Made by a program: the position numbers and the translations under genes
Notes under the pieces: generated by a model
Told to the model about the DNA's origin: nothing
The model's database searches: none
What the model saw: only the letters and a program-made list of their open reading frames with translations
Part shown: piece after piece, positions 8,936-17,993 of the stretch
How positions within the stretch are numbered: the first letter of the stretch is position 1
Layout of the letters: each line of letters starts with the position of its first letter
Source of the DNA: a virus
Lineage: Duplodnaviria > Caudoviricetes
IMG/VR virus record: IMGVR_UViG_3300050131_000113
Location: 1-58,171 of that record
DNA length: 58,171 bases
Reading direction: 5' to 3' (one strand)

Positions 8936-9195
8936 ACGCGCCGCAGCAGAATGGCACTAAACCGTTGCCAGAGCCTCGTTTGGTCGACGGACCGCTATTG
9001 CCTGTCCGCCGCAAGACGCTGGTGGAGCGGATGGCGAAAGACCTCATCCGATACGACGCGGTAACGCCGGAAGCGGACTCCATCCGCTCGCTGTTCGGTC
9101 GCGGCTATTCGATGGTCGATATCGTGATGCTGATCGATGACGCCCGCCAGGTGGCGATGCAGGCGATCGTGGCGCGGGAGATGTCCGCACCGTGA
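8932..9195 (+). CDS. hypothetical protein
   Basis: 4-nt overlaps on both sides. Confidence 0.55.
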   Translation: MNAPQQNGTKPLPEPRLVDGPLLPVRRKTLVERMAKDLIRYDAVTPEADSIRSLFGRGYSMVDIVMLIDDARQVAMQAIVAREMSAP

Positions 9196-9641
9196 CCCTC
9201 CCCCGCCCCCAGCGCCTATTCGCCCCTTCGAAACCCGGCTCGCTGTTGAAGCATGCCGGCGCGGCTGACTTACCGCAACAGCCGCGTAAACTAGGGGTAT
9301 GGGAGGACGTCGGATATCTCCGTCTCATCCGCCAGCTCCCATGTTTGTACTGCGGCGTCGAGCCATGCGGAGAGGCCGCGCATGTCAAATTCTCCAGCGC
9401 GCAATTCGGCCGCGCCAACAGCCTGGGCAAGCGCCCGCATGATCGTTTTGCGGTGCCGCTATGTCGCGACGATCATCAGAACGCGCGCCATGCCCAGCAC
9501 AAAGGCAACGAGGAAGCGTTCTGGATCGGCCTCGGGATCAGTCCCTATCCGGTAGCAGCACAACTCTATGCGCAACGCGGCGACCTGGTCGCGATGCGCG
9601 CCGTGATCTACGTCACCATCTCACAACGAGGCATCACATGA
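9192..9641 (+). CDS. DUF968/HNH-like recombination-associated nuclease
   Basis: LPCLYCG, AAHV, AVPLC..H...QH..NE..FW. Confidence 0.7.
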   Translation: MTLPRPQRLFAPSKPGSLLKHAGAADLPQQPRKLGVWEDVGYLRLIRQLPCLYCGVEPCGEAAHVKFSSAQFGRANSLGKRPHDRFAVPLCRDDHQNARHAQHKGNEEAFWIGLGISPYPVAAQLYAQRGDLVAMRAVIYVTISQRGIT

Positions 9642-9856
9642 GCACCTTTCCCCCAACAACCATCGCCCTGATCGCAAGCGCCATCCTGCCCGGTGTCCCC
9701 GTCACCGCCCGCGAACTGGAACTGAGCCTGCCGTTTCACTATTGCCGCGGCACCGTGCGCGGCGTGCTGGCGCATCTGGCGAAAGAGGGCCGGCTTTGTT
9801 TCGAGGAAGTGCAGCGCGGACAATGCCTGCAGAAGGTTTATCGGGTGGTGTCGTGA
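9638..9856 (+). CDS. small winged-helix protein
   Basis: TAREL...RGTVRGVLAHLAKEGRL. Confidence 0.5.
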   Translation: MSTFPPTTIALIASAILPGVPVTARELELSLPFHYCRGTVRGVLAHLAKEGRLCFEEVQRGQCLQKVYRVVS

Positions 9857-9934
9857 AGGCTGACCTGATTTCGTCTGCACACCGCTGATACCTACCCGCG
9901 CCTCGGGGTTTCTCAGGGGCAAGGAGAGAAGAAA

Positions 9935-10240
9935 ATGGCTAACCACCCAAACCGCGCCAAGCCCAAAGAACGCGCCGTGATCGTCACGACAGAGCATCGC
10001 GGCGTATTCTTCGGCTATGCCGACGATACGGACGGCGACGTAATCAAACTGCGGGCCGCGCGCAATTGCATCTATTGGTCGAGCGGCGTTCGGGGTTTCA
10101 TGGGCCTCGCCGCAACCGGACCCGATAAGCAATCGAAGGTCGGCCCTGCGGCTGATATCGAGGTTCGCAAGATCACCAGCGTGATCGAATGCACGCCGGA
10201 CGCGGTTGCTGCCTGGGAGGCGCAGCCATGGAACCGGTAA
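9935..10240 (+). CDS. DUF6948-like protein
   Basis: VIVTT..RGVFFG...L..AR..IYW....G..GLA..GP; AGGAG RBS. Confidence 0.7.
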   Translation: MANHPNRAKPKERAVIVTTEHRGVFFGYADDTDGDVIKLRAARNCIYWSSGVRGFMGLAATGPDKQSKVGPAADIEVRKITSVIECTPDAVAAWEAQPWNR

Positions 10241-10911
10241 TTCTTAGAGGCGAGCCGGCGAAGCTGGCGATCCTTTACGGCGACGGCGACGGCTACGGCT
10301 ACGGCTACGGCTACGGCTCCGGCGACGGCTACGGCGACGGCTACGGCTACGGCTACGGCTACGGCTCCGGCGACGGCGACGGCGACGGCTCCGGCTACGG
10401 CGACGGCGACGGCTCCGGCGACGGCTACGGCTACGGCTACGGCTCCGGCTCCGGCGACGGCGACGGCTCCGGCTACGGCTCCGGCTCCGGCTCCGGCGAC
10501 GGCGACGGCTCCGGCTACGGCTCCGGCTACGGCTCCGGCTACGGCTCCGGCTACGGCTCCGGCTCCTATTGGCAAGCCACTATTATTAACTTCGCGGCCA
10601 AGTGGCCTCAAGGTCAGCGGGATAGGCTTGAGGCCGCGAAGTTAGAGGGCGCAACGATCGCCTTTTGGCGATCGAGCCAGCAAGGTATGCCGTCCAACGG
10701 CGGAAAGAAGATCGAGCCCGCGGCGCCTGGGGTTATCCATATCTCGCCAGGCCCGCTGCAAACTTGTTACAGCGGCACGCTGCACGCCACGCTGATCCCG
10801 TCGAAGTGGGAAGGCGCGCGATGGTGGATCGTGGCACTTCACGGTGAGGTTGTCGGCGACGAAGAAAAGTATGGTTGCCTGAAACGCGAGATTTTGGGTG
10901 AGGCGCTATGA
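10228..10911 (+). CDS. Gly-X repeat protein with a C-terminal globular domain
   Basis: About 95 residues of G-Y/G-D/G-S repeats. Confidence 0.7.
   Translation: MEPVILRGEPAKLAILYGDGDGYGYGYGYGSGDGYGDGYGYGYGYGSGDGDGDGSGYGDGDGSGDGYGYGYGSGSGDGDGSGYGSGSGSGDGDGSGYGSGYGSGYGSGYGSGSYWQATIINFAAKWPQGQRDRLEAAKLEGATIAFWRSSQQGMPSNGGKKIEPAAPGVIHISPGPLQTCYSGTLHATLIPSKWEGARWWIVALHGEVVGDEEKYGCLKREILGEAL
10276..10566 (+). repeat. hexamer low-complexity repeat (GGC-GAC/TAC/TCC)n
   Basis: Directly visible. Confidence 0.95.
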
Positions 10912-11849
10912 CCGCTCCCCGATCCTCTCCTGACAGCACCGCGAAGTTTGACGCCGATGGCATCGACAGCATTTTGAGCCTCATTGAGCGCCGCGAGGTT
11001 CGGATTATTGTCGAAACTCTCGACGGTGCCGCATTTGAACGCATCAAATGCCCCGACAGTACGGCGAAGGCGCTGGCCGCAGTACACCGCGATTCTGCCC
11101 AAATACCGATGGTTGAGGAAATAAAACGCGCCGATGCAGCCCCTCCGGAAGCCAGCTTTAACAACGTCGAGGATATGCTGGAATATCTCAATGCCCCTGC
11201 CCAAGCACCAACTCTGACCGCAGAAGATGTCTACGCCATTTGCGAGACGACGCTGATCGGATTCCGCGACGAGTTGACCGAGCGCGATATAAAATTAATC
11301 TGCGATCAGGTTTCGCGCAAGGTCATGCTTGCCCTATCCTCGGTCTCATCGACCAAGCGCACAGGGCTTCTAGATCCCGGCATCGACGGGCCATACAACG
11401 AACCCTGCGAGCACAAATCTGTTCACAACGGCGGGCGCGTCGAGCTTGTATATGGCACCGCACCCACGCAGGTTTGCGACTGCGGCGCTTGGCGCACGAT
11501 GCATCATAAGCCGGGGCTTTGGCAGACCTCCCCGCATCCATCGACCAAGCGCACAACCATCATTGAGCCAATCGAAAGCGCTGGCCTGCGTGGCGCGCAA
11601 AAGCAGGCAATCGCCGACCATGCCTCAATGATTCCATCGACACATGAAAAGACTCCCTGCGAGCACGCAGCAATAATCGGCCTTGACGGCAAATGGCATT
11701 GTCAGCGATGCAGCGACGCTGTCGAAATGGGCGCCGCGCAAACGGTAGTCCCCTCCACAAATCAGTGTACCTGCGCCGCCTTGGGCAAGGACAATATCCC
11801 ACACGCGCGAAATTGCCCGGTGAATCTACATGTCCGGGGTGGAAAATGA
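10908..11849 (+). CDS. mosaic hypothetical protein (fused modules)
   Basis: Recurring (V/P)-S-T junction peptides; several Cys/His clusters. Confidence 0.55.
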   Translation: MTAPRSSPDSTAKFDADGIDSILSLIERREVRIIVETLDGAAFERIKCPDSTAKALAAVHRDSAQIPMVEEIKRADAAPPEASFNNVEDMLEYLNAPAQAPTLTAEDVYAICETTLIGFRDELTERDIKLICDQVSRKVMLALSSVSSTKRTGLLDPGIDGPYNEPCEHKSVHNGGRVELVYGTAPTQVCDCGAWRTMHHKPGLWQTSPHPSTKRTTIIEPIESAGLRGAQKQAIADHASMIPSTHEKTPCEHAAIIGLDGKWHCQRCSDAVEMGAAQTVVPSTNQCTCAALGKDNIPHARNCPVNLHVRGGK

Positions 11850-12061
11850 TGCCTCATTACACGCTTACCCTCTCCGGTCGCGAAACCATTTTTTGCGCTA
11901 CACTTCTTCTGATTATCGGCGCTGGGATTGGCTATGCCTTAAGCATGGATCGCCGCCACACTGACCTTGAGACCTTCAAGCGGAATTGCGTATTGTACGA
12001 TATTTGCGTAACGCCATATGCCGACGCCCTGTCTCTACAACAGCGCGAGGGACAGTCGTGA
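11846..12061 (+). CDS. small membrane protein
   Basis: One TM helix; ATGA overlap. Confidence 0.5.
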   Translation: MMPHYTLTLSGRETIFCATLLLIIGAGIGYALSMDRRHTDLETFKRNCVLYDICVTPYADALSLQQREGQS

Positions 12062-12258
12062 AACTAGAAGTGACAGACGAAATGGTGACCGCAGCCATGC
12101 GCGCGTTCGAGCGCATGCGCGCGTTCGAGCGCATGAGTTCGGTTCTTCGCTACCGCGAAAAGGACAAGTGGCATTCGTGCGACATCATGGGTATGCGCGA
12201 TGCGATAGCGGCAGCCCTCGCGGTTTCGCGCCCACATCCGCGAGAGGGTGCCGAATGA
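12058..12258 (+). CDS. hypothetical protein
   Basis: VTDEMVTAA motif; 18-bp tandem duplication (MRAFER x2). Confidence 0.5.
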   Translation: MKLEVTDEMVTAAMRAFERMRAFERMSSVLRYREKDKWHSCDIMGMRDAIAAALAVSRPHPREGAE

Positions 12259-12389
12259 CCCTCCTTGAAAAGCATCAAGAGATTATCGACGCTTGGTTCG
12301 CGCGTTGGCTTGCACAAGAACGGGCGCGAATTAAAGCGGTTTTCGCGCGCCGCACCACGGTTTCTTCGCAACAGGGAAAGACCCCATGA
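12255..12389 (+). CDS. hypothetical protein
   Basis: Coupled overlaps. Confidence 0.45.
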   Translation: MTLLEKHQEIIDAWFARWLAQERARIKAVFARRTTVSSQQGKTP

Positions 12390-12637
12390 CGCATCTCGTT
12401 TGGTCGAACCAGCATCGTGCGTGGTGGCGCGCCGCCAGCAAAGGCTACACAACGGATATTAGAGCGGCGGGGTGGTACGAGCGAGATGAGGCTATCGCTA
12501 TCTCCGGTCAGTCGCGTGACGGATGGGGCGACCCAAGCAGGCCGCCGGACGAATTAGCCATCGCCATCAAAGACCTGCCGAAAAACATTTTGGCGGAAGT
12601 GATGGCTGCGCGCATTCCCCAGGACACCGCGCCATGA
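12386..12637 (+). CDS. conserved hypothetical phage protein
   Basis: WSN.H.AWW....GYT....AG.Y...EA. Confidence 0.65.
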   Translation: MTHLVWSNQHRAWWRAASKGYTTDIRAAGWYERDEAIAISGQSRDGWGDPSRPPDELAIAIKDLPKNILAEVMAARIPQDTAP

Positions 12638-12969
12638 CTGACATTGTTGAACGGCTGCGCTCCAGCGAGCCCCTACCCGCCTGCCCGTTTGATCGCCTAT
12701 CGCCGCATTATCTGACAATGCCGGACGATAAGCCCTGTCCGTTCTGCGGACAAGAGAACACCACCGAAGGGCCGGACAAGTGCCGTGGCGCAGATACCCG
12801 GATCATGGGAGAGGCGGCGAATGAGATCGAGCGGCTGCGCTCCGAGAAGTTGGAATTGGCCAATCATATTGATGGCTGCGTTAGGGTTGCTGCCGATGCA
12901 TTGAAGCGGGCCGAAGCCGCCGAAGCTCGCCTCCGCGAGGTTGTGGGAAATGCAGGGAGTGGGTCATGA
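12634..12969 (+). CDS. hypothetical protein (MTDIVERLR...EAANEIERLR type)
   Basis: Common phage motif. Confidence 0.6.
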   Translation: MTDIVERLRSSEPLPACPFDRLSPHYLTMPDDKPCPFCGQENTTEGPDKCRGADTRIMGEAANEIERLRSEKLELANHIDGCVRVAADALKRAEAAEARLREVVGNAGSGS

Positions 12970-13184
12970 GCGATAAAGGTCATGCGCCGTGGTGCGCGGC
13001 AGTCATTGCCGCAAACGCAGAGCTTCCATGGCGCGTAAAATGCGATTGTCAACCTAACGAAGACCCTTCGGGCCAGCGCCGCGAGCCCATGTTGCCCGAC
13101 CAATTAGACGACGAGCCGCCTTTTGACTTGGTGTCCCCAAGGTCTCCGGCAAATGAAGATGTGGGAGGACCGCGCCATGGGTGA
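12966..13184 (+). CDS. hypothetical protein
   Basis: Coupled ORF. Confidence 0.45.
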   Translation: MSDKGHAPWCAAVIAANAELPWRVKCDCQPNEDPSGQRREPMLPDQLDDEPPFDLVSPRSPANEDVGGPRHG

Positions 13185-13569
13185 ATGGCAACCAATCGGG
13201 ACCGCGCCAAAGAACGGTACGGCGATCGAAGTCAAATATCTGACCGATGATCCGCGCCGGGTTTGTTGGCTGTTTGGTAAATGGCAACTTGAAAAGTTTG
13301 TTGCCCCGTTGAAATTTGAGCCGACGCATTGGCGACCGCTGCCGGTAACCCCGGATACAGAATGTCACTGCGGTAAGTATGGCCACGCGCTCAATTCGGT
13401 TAATTGTCCCGCGCATGGTCATCAGTGGGCGGCCGATGAAATCAATCTGCTGCGCAAGGCTCTTACGGACATCCTCGATGCGAGCAATGACCCATATGAG
13501 ATCGCCCGGGCGGCGCTCAATGCGGTTGCGGGACGACAGAAGGACGCTACCGATGGCCCATGGCTGTAG
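13177..13569 (+). CDS. DUF551-like protein
   Basis: WQPIGTAPKNGT...PTHWRPLP. Confidence 0.65.
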   Translation: MGEWQPIGTAPKNGTAIEVKYLTDDPRRVCWLFGKWQLEKFVAPLKFEPTHWRPLPVTPDTECHCGKYGHALNSVNCPAHGHQWAADEINLLRKALTDILDASNDPYEIARAALNAVAGRQKDATDGPWL

Positions 13570-13840
13570 ACGATCTGGCGGATTCGTTAATAGTAACTGT
13601 TTAGCAATGTGCGATTGCCACGAAACCATGAAGCTTGAGCCAAACAGTCCCGGCGGCATCGATCCCGTTGAGGCAGAACGCCAACGCTGCATCGCCGTCT
13701 GCGAAGGTTGGATCGGCACTTTCCAAGACAAAGAAATCCAGTTCACGAGCGCCCGCGAGTATGCGGTGGATGCGATCGAGGACATCATTGACCTGATCCG
13801 CAATGGCCCGGCGTCTCCGGCAAATCAGGGACCCAAATGA
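13553..13840 (+). CDS. hypothetical protein
   Basis: AERQRCIAVCE motif. Confidence 0.5.
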   Translation: MAHGCRRSGGFVNSNCLAMCDCHETMKLEPNSPGGIDPVEAERQRCIAVCEGWIGTFQDKEIQFTSAREYAVDAIEDIIDLIRNGPASPANQGPK

Positions 13841-14088
13841 CGAAGCCGGCCGCCGACACGCTTGAGCGCGAAAGGAGCGACCCTATAAACCCCGTCGCTC
13901 GGATCGACATGCTAGACAAGCTTATCCCGCGCAAGAGGCTGGCGGAAATGCTTGGAAAGAGCGAAGTAACGCTGATCCGCTGGGAAAAGGATGGCAAAGG
14001 TCCGCCTGTCACCCGGATCGGTCGCGATGTTGTCTATTCCGTTTCGAGCATTGAAAAATGGCTGAAAGCGCAGGAGCACACTTGCTAG
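13837..14088 (+). CDS. xis: excisionase/AlpA-like HTH protein
   Basis: LAEMLGKSEVTLIRWEKDGKGPPVTRIGRDVVY; abuts the attP-like site. Confidence 0.7.
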   Translation: MTKPAADTLERERSDPINPVARIDMLDKLIPRKRLAEMLGKSEVTLIRWEKDGKGPPVTRIGRDVVYSVSSIEKWLKAQEHTC

Positions 14089-14100
14089 GATATCGCGCCG

Positions 14101-14373
14101 TGTGGGCAATATGTGGGCACATCGGATGATACGCGGATGAAAACAAATGTTATCGAATGTAACGGGATGCAGGCGAAAGACTTTGAAAAATATAGCTATT
14201 CCGGCAGAGACCTGAGAAACACTTTATGAGTCAACAACTTAGGAAATCCGATGAATATGATTATTGGTCATGGGCTAGAAGGTTCTAGTCCCTCCGCATT
14301 CACCAATGAAATCAATATCTTAAACAAAAATCCTGATATCGACCGGAGGTCTCGTGTGGGCACTGTGTTGGCA
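14101..14373. other. attP-like site (tRNA-3'-like core, arm repeats, IHF site)
   Basis: TGTGGGCA at 14101, 14112, 14355 and TGTTGGCA at 14366; core GGTTCTAGTCCCTCCGCATTCACCA 14281-14305; AATCAATATCTTA 14310-14322 fits WATCAANNNNTTR. Confidence 0.75.
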
Positions 14374-14551
14374 AAACGATTGCCGCAGGCACTAGCAGAT
14401 TGCGCCTGCCACCTTACCCGGCTCCGTGCCAGTCATCCGGAGCCGCTCATGATCTCGACGCTGATCGAGCAATGTAAGGAGTTCGATAGCGACCCGGACG
14501 CGATGCGTCCGAAGATACTGCGGACGATCAAGCTTCTTGATGAGGGACACA

Positions 14552-14923
14552 ATGGGTGATGTTACCGGACCGATTTCGACGCTTGCCGGCGCGCTTCACG
14601 AATTGCCAGATGGACAAATGTGTGACGAGCACCCGCGCCGCAAGGCCGTTGTTCGCATCCAGGGCGAGACGGACTCGTTCGGCTGCGAAATGCATGACAT
14701 GTGCGAGCAATGCGCCAAAGAGCATCGCGCTTATCTGAAATCGCCAGAAGCAGCAGAGCACCGCAAGGGCATCTGCGAATGGTGCAAGAACCCGGCCGAC
14801 GATCTGCGCGATCGTCGCGACTATGAAGAGGGAATGTGCGGGCGCGTCTATCGCGTTTGTGGTCCCTGCGTAAAGCGGGAGAACGAAGAACTCGAAGCCG
14901 AGTCCAATTATTGGGGTGACTAA
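14552..14923 (+). CDS. Cys-rich (Zn-finger-like) protein
   Basis: Multiple CxxC/CxxH; GAGG RBS. Confidence 0.65.
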   Translation: MGDVTGPISTLAGALHELPDGQMCDEHPRRKAVVRIQGETDSFGCEMHDMCEQCAKEHRAYLKSPEAAEHRKGICEWCKNPADDLRDRRDYEEGMCGRVYRVCGPCVKRENEELEAESNYWGD

Positions 14924-15021
14924 CCGTTTCCTGCTATGAAACATTAGGTATTTGATTTTGCAAGGGCGTGTCAGTCATCAGAGGCATGAAAGGCCGCGTA
15001 GGGCGGCATAGGGAGAATGAG

Positions 15022-15234
15022 ATGGCGAATAAAAAAGAGCCTGAGAATGTCGAATGGGTTGTTACGGGTCGCGCGGTTTTCGACGGGGCAACGTGCATCG
15101 TTCACGCCAAAACACGCCAAGAAGCCATTGCGAAAGCCACTAGCGGCGATTGTATCGGCGAAATCGAAATTAATTGTGCTTCGCTTGTGGATTTCACCCA
15201 TAGCCGGGCCGAGTCAAATGTTGACGACGGTTAA
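15022..15234 (+). CDS. hypothetical protein
   Basis: GGAG RBS. Confidence 0.55.
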   Translation: MANKKEPENVEWVVTGRAVFDGATCIVHAKTRQEAIAKATSGDCIGEIEINCASLVDFTHSRAESNVDDG

Positions 15235-15277
15235 TTGAAACCGCAGAGCGCCGCATAGGGCGGCAGAAGGAGATGAG

Positions 15278-15769
15278 ATGAGGTTTTGGTTTGATACCGA
15301 ATTTATCGAGGACGGCAAGACCATCGAATTGCTTTCAATCGGCGTCGTGTCCGAGGATGGCCGGTACTTCTATGCTGAGCCCCTTGAAACGGATCGCTCC
15401 AGAGCGAGCGCGTGGGTTCAAGAGAACGTCTTTCCGGGGCTGGGTGGCCCGCTCCTGCCGCGCGCCGAGATCGCCGCCGAGCTGATCGAGTTCATGGGCG
15501 AGAAGCCGGAAATTTGGGCCTACTATGCTGACTACGACTGGGTAGCGCTCTGTCAGCTTTATGGCACGATGATGGATCTTCCGAAGAGTTGGCCCATGTA
15601 CTGCCGAGATGTAAAGCAGCTTTGCGACGGCCTCGGGAATCCCAAGTTGCCCGAGCAGCTTTCGCAGGAACACGCCGCCTTGGCCGACGCAAAATGGACG
15701 AAGGAGGCTTGGCAATTTCTGATGAACTTGGCGAGCCATCGGGAAGCGGCTTTCGCCGGCCGCATATAA
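15278..15769 (+). CDS. DEDD 3'-5' exonuclease (DUF5051/RNase AS-like)
   Basis: FDTEF, SIGVV, YDW, HAALADA. Confidence 0.85.
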   Translation: MRFWFDTEFIEDGKTIELLSIGVVSEDGRYFYAEPLETDRSRASAWVQENVFPGLGGPLLPRAEIAAELIEFMGEKPEIWAYYADYDWVALCQLYGTMMDLPKSWPMYCRDVKQLCDGLGNPKLPEQLSQEHAALADAKWTKEAWQFLMNLASHREAAFAGRI

Positions 15770-15796
15770 CCGATGAATGCAGAGGACCATTGAGCC

Positions 15797-16024
15797 ATGA
15801 GCAAGAAGAAAAGCTTCACTCGTTGGGCGATCACGGGAGAGTGCGGCCTGTATATCGGACAGCGTCTCACGAGGCGGGGCGCCATCGCGGAACATGTCTC
15901 AGCAAAGTTCGCTGGCGTGTCTCCATATGCAGGCAATGGCCTAGACGATAGTCAGCGTTCCGCTTGGGATAGATGCCTCCGGCTTGGCGATCGGGCCGTA
16001 AAAGTCCGCATCACTGTTCAGTAG
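15797..16024 (+). CDS. hypothetical cassette gene
   Basis: Preceded by the ATGCAGAGGA motif. Confidence 0.6.
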   Translation: MSKKKSFTRWAITGECGLYIGQRLTRRGAIAEHVSAKFAGVSPYAGNGLDDSQRSAWDRCLRLGDRAVKVRITVQ

Positions 16025-16046
16025 CCAACAATGCAGAGGACTGAGC

Positions 16047-16142
16047 ATGACTACGCAGGATAAGATCGCCATCATCGCGATTTGGGTAATTGGATTTAGT
16101 ACAATGTGGACGCTGTTCCAGCTAACGCACGCTGTTCAGTAG
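16047..16142 (+). CDS. 31-aa membrane peptide
   Basis: MTTQDKIAIIAIWVIGFSTMWTLFQLTHAVQ; same upstream motif. Confidence 0.5.
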   Translation: MTTQDKIAIIAIWVIGFSTMWTLFQLTHAVQ

Positions 16143-16171
16143 TCAACAATGCAGAACCTCAGGGATAGGCC

Positions 16172-16405
16172 ATGACCGCCAAGCTATTTGAAACCGAGAT
16201 CGATTTGGCCGAGCTGACACTGCGGATCGCAGAAGCCTGCCTGGGCATGAAGCGCCCGCCGGGAACGTCGGCGAAGGATGCCTTGGCCCAGCTTCGCGCT
16301 GCGGAGCCAGAGCATATTGCTGGATTCGACAGGGCCGCAATGCGTGCCGCTCAATACTTCGTCGAGTGCATCAACAAATCCGGCCACTTTGCCGAGATGA
16401 ACTAA
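16172..16405 (+). CDS. hypothetical cassette gene
   Basis: ORF after ATGCAGA. Confidence 0.6.
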   Translation: MTAKLFETEIDLAELTLRIAEACLGMKRPPGTSAKDALAQLRAAEPEHIAGFDRAAMRAAQYFVECINKSGHFAEMN

Positions 16406-16429
16406 CTGCATGCAGAGGACTATTGAGCC

Positions 16430-16651
16430 ATGAACGAGAGACGTCCGGCCAACGATGATATGGTGGATGGCTATATGGACGGTTACGACATGACCGCGCC
16501 TGAGCCTTCAGCCAACCGCTCTGCGTCCTATCGCCATGGTTTCATGGTTGGGCGCGGCGAAAAGACGGGCGACTTTGCTGGCAATTACATAGACCTAAAT
16601 CGAGCCGCCGATGCGGCGATGGACGCGGACGATATCCGCGCGTTTCAGTAG
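16430..16651 (+). CDS. hypothetical cassette gene
   Basis: GYMDG...YRHGF..G motif. Confidence 0.6.
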   Translation: MNERRPANDDMVDGYMDGYDMTAPEPSANRSASYRHGFMVGRGEKTGDFAGNYIDLNRAADAAMDADDIRAFQ

Positions 16652-16668
16652 GATGCAGAGGATGACCC

Positions 16669-17028
16669 ATGGGAATGTTTGATAGCGTCTATGTCGATTG
16701 CCCGCATTGCGGTAAGCCCGTCGAATTTCAGAGCAAGGAATGGGATTGCCAGATGGATACGTGGACGCTCGACGACGCGCCGACGCAGGTCCTTCGTGAC
16801 ATTATGAATTGGCCGAACCATTGCGAAAAGTGCGATGGTTGGTTTGCGCTGATTGACCCCTATTTTCCACCTGGACCACCACCCCGGCCGGCCCTTCATG
16901 CCGCGATGGTCAAGGCGCCAGACAACCCGGATACGCATCCTCAGGGCATGAAGTGGTGGCCGGATGACCGGGATTTTTCATACAATGACCTGATCGCCTC
17001 GGCGGTCCCGAGTGGAGACCGTACATGA
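16669..17028 (+). CDS. Zn-ribbon protein
   Basis: MGMFD...CPHCG...FQSK...CEKC. Confidence 0.65.
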   Translation: MGMFDSVYVDCPHCGKPVEFQSKEWDCQMDTWTLDDAPTQVLRDIMNWPNHCEKCDGWFALIDPYFPPGPPPRPALHAAMVKAPDNPDTHPQGMKWWPDDRDFSYNDLIASAVPSGDRT

Positions 17029-17192
17029 TACACGTCAAGGCGATTCTGGTTGGAAGTCTACTTTTGGTATCGATGCTCGGGTGTGGCGTACTTCTCGCAA
17101 AATACCCAATGATTGGATTCTCCATTGTTGGCCTCGGGTGCTCTTACTGTTTTGGCCGCGCTGCAATGGCTCTAATACCCAACCGATCCTGA
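17025..17192 (+). CDS. small membrane protein
   Basis: Two hydrophobic segments; ATGA overlap. Confidence 0.45.
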   Translation: MIHVKAILVGSLLLVSMLGCGVLLAKYPMIGFSIVGLGCSYCFGRAAMALIPNRS

Positions 17193-17219
17193 CCGAACAG
17201 ACGAATGGAGATCTCACAC

Positions 17220-17372
17220 ATGGCGCTTATGTCGAAGCCGTTACCACCGAATCCCAATCTAGAAAGGCTGATTGAGGAAGCGAAAAAGCGATGGGCTGCT
17301 ATGACGCCAGAGCAGCAAGAGGCCGAGTTGCAATTGCAGCGCCAAAGCTGGGCTCGACAGGATATGGACTAA
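17220..17372 (+). CDS. 50-aa hypothetical protein
   Basis: GGAG RBS; MTPEQ...QRQSW motif. Confidence 0.5.
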   Translation: MALMSKPLPPNPNLERLIEEAKKRWAAMTPEQQEAELQLQRQSWARQDMD

Positions 17373-17406
17373 CATGGCCGATACTCCTGACCGAAGATAG
17401 GATGGA

Positions 17407-17769
17407 ATGATGAAGCGAATAGAGAGCATGCTTGACGATGTGCGCGGCACAGTCACTTACGACTTGGGCAATGGCCGCTATGCCACCTTCGACGCTCGCA
17501 CCGTTCGGGAGGTCGGCCTTGCGCGCCTGATGGACGCCCACGGCATCGAAATGCCGACTGAGCGCCTTCCGGTCATTTATCATGGCAGGCGCGTAGGTAC
17601 GATGGCTCCGGACTTTGACCCCGCGACCGCCCGCAGCATTTCATTCATGTACGATGTGCGGCCGGGAGACTTCCGACGCGAGGGCAATACTTGGGTAGTT
17701 GGTAGGGCCATGGGTGCCGGCGATGTCGATTGCGTCGCTGGCTTCATTCGCGACAGTAACCAATCCTGA
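17407..17769 (+). CDS. hypothetical protein
   Basis: ORF with RBS. Confidence 0.55.
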   Translation: MMKRIESMLDDVRGTVTYDLGNGRYATFDARTVREVGLARLMDAHGIEMPTERLPVIYHGRRVGTMAPDFDPATARSISFMYDVRPGDFRREGNTWVVGRAMGAGDVDCVAGFIRDSNQS

Positions 17770-17787
17770 GCAGAAATCGAGGATAGC

Positions 17788-17976
17788 ATGGTCTATGTGA
17801 TGGTAGGACTCGCCTGCTCGACGCTCGGCTGTGAATGGTGGAAGCCAGCATTCAACGACGGCCAGACTTTCGATACCGAAAGGGCCTGTATGGATCGCGT
17901 AGCCGAGGTAAGACCTAAGCAGATCATGTTTTTCGATATGAAGTGCGAGCCAATCAAGCCCGGTGCCCAATCCTAA
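17788..17976 (+). CDS. small Cys-containing protein
   Basis: GAGG RBS; four Cys. Confidence 0.5.
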   Translation: MVYVMVGLACSTLGCEWWKPAFNDGQTFDTERACMDRVAEVRPKQIMFFDMKCEPIKPGAQS

Positions 17977-17993
17977 GCGAACATGGAGCAAAC

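Noticed and set aside
10072-10611. Ala-Val repeat ORF on the minus strand
   Set aside because: Antisense shadow of the Gly-X repeat gene
12096-12135. 18-bp tandem duplication
   Set aside because: Simple in-frame slippage with no wider structure
14270-14305. Complete tRNA gene
   Set aside because: Only a T-arm/acceptor-like 3' portion is present; better explained as an att core
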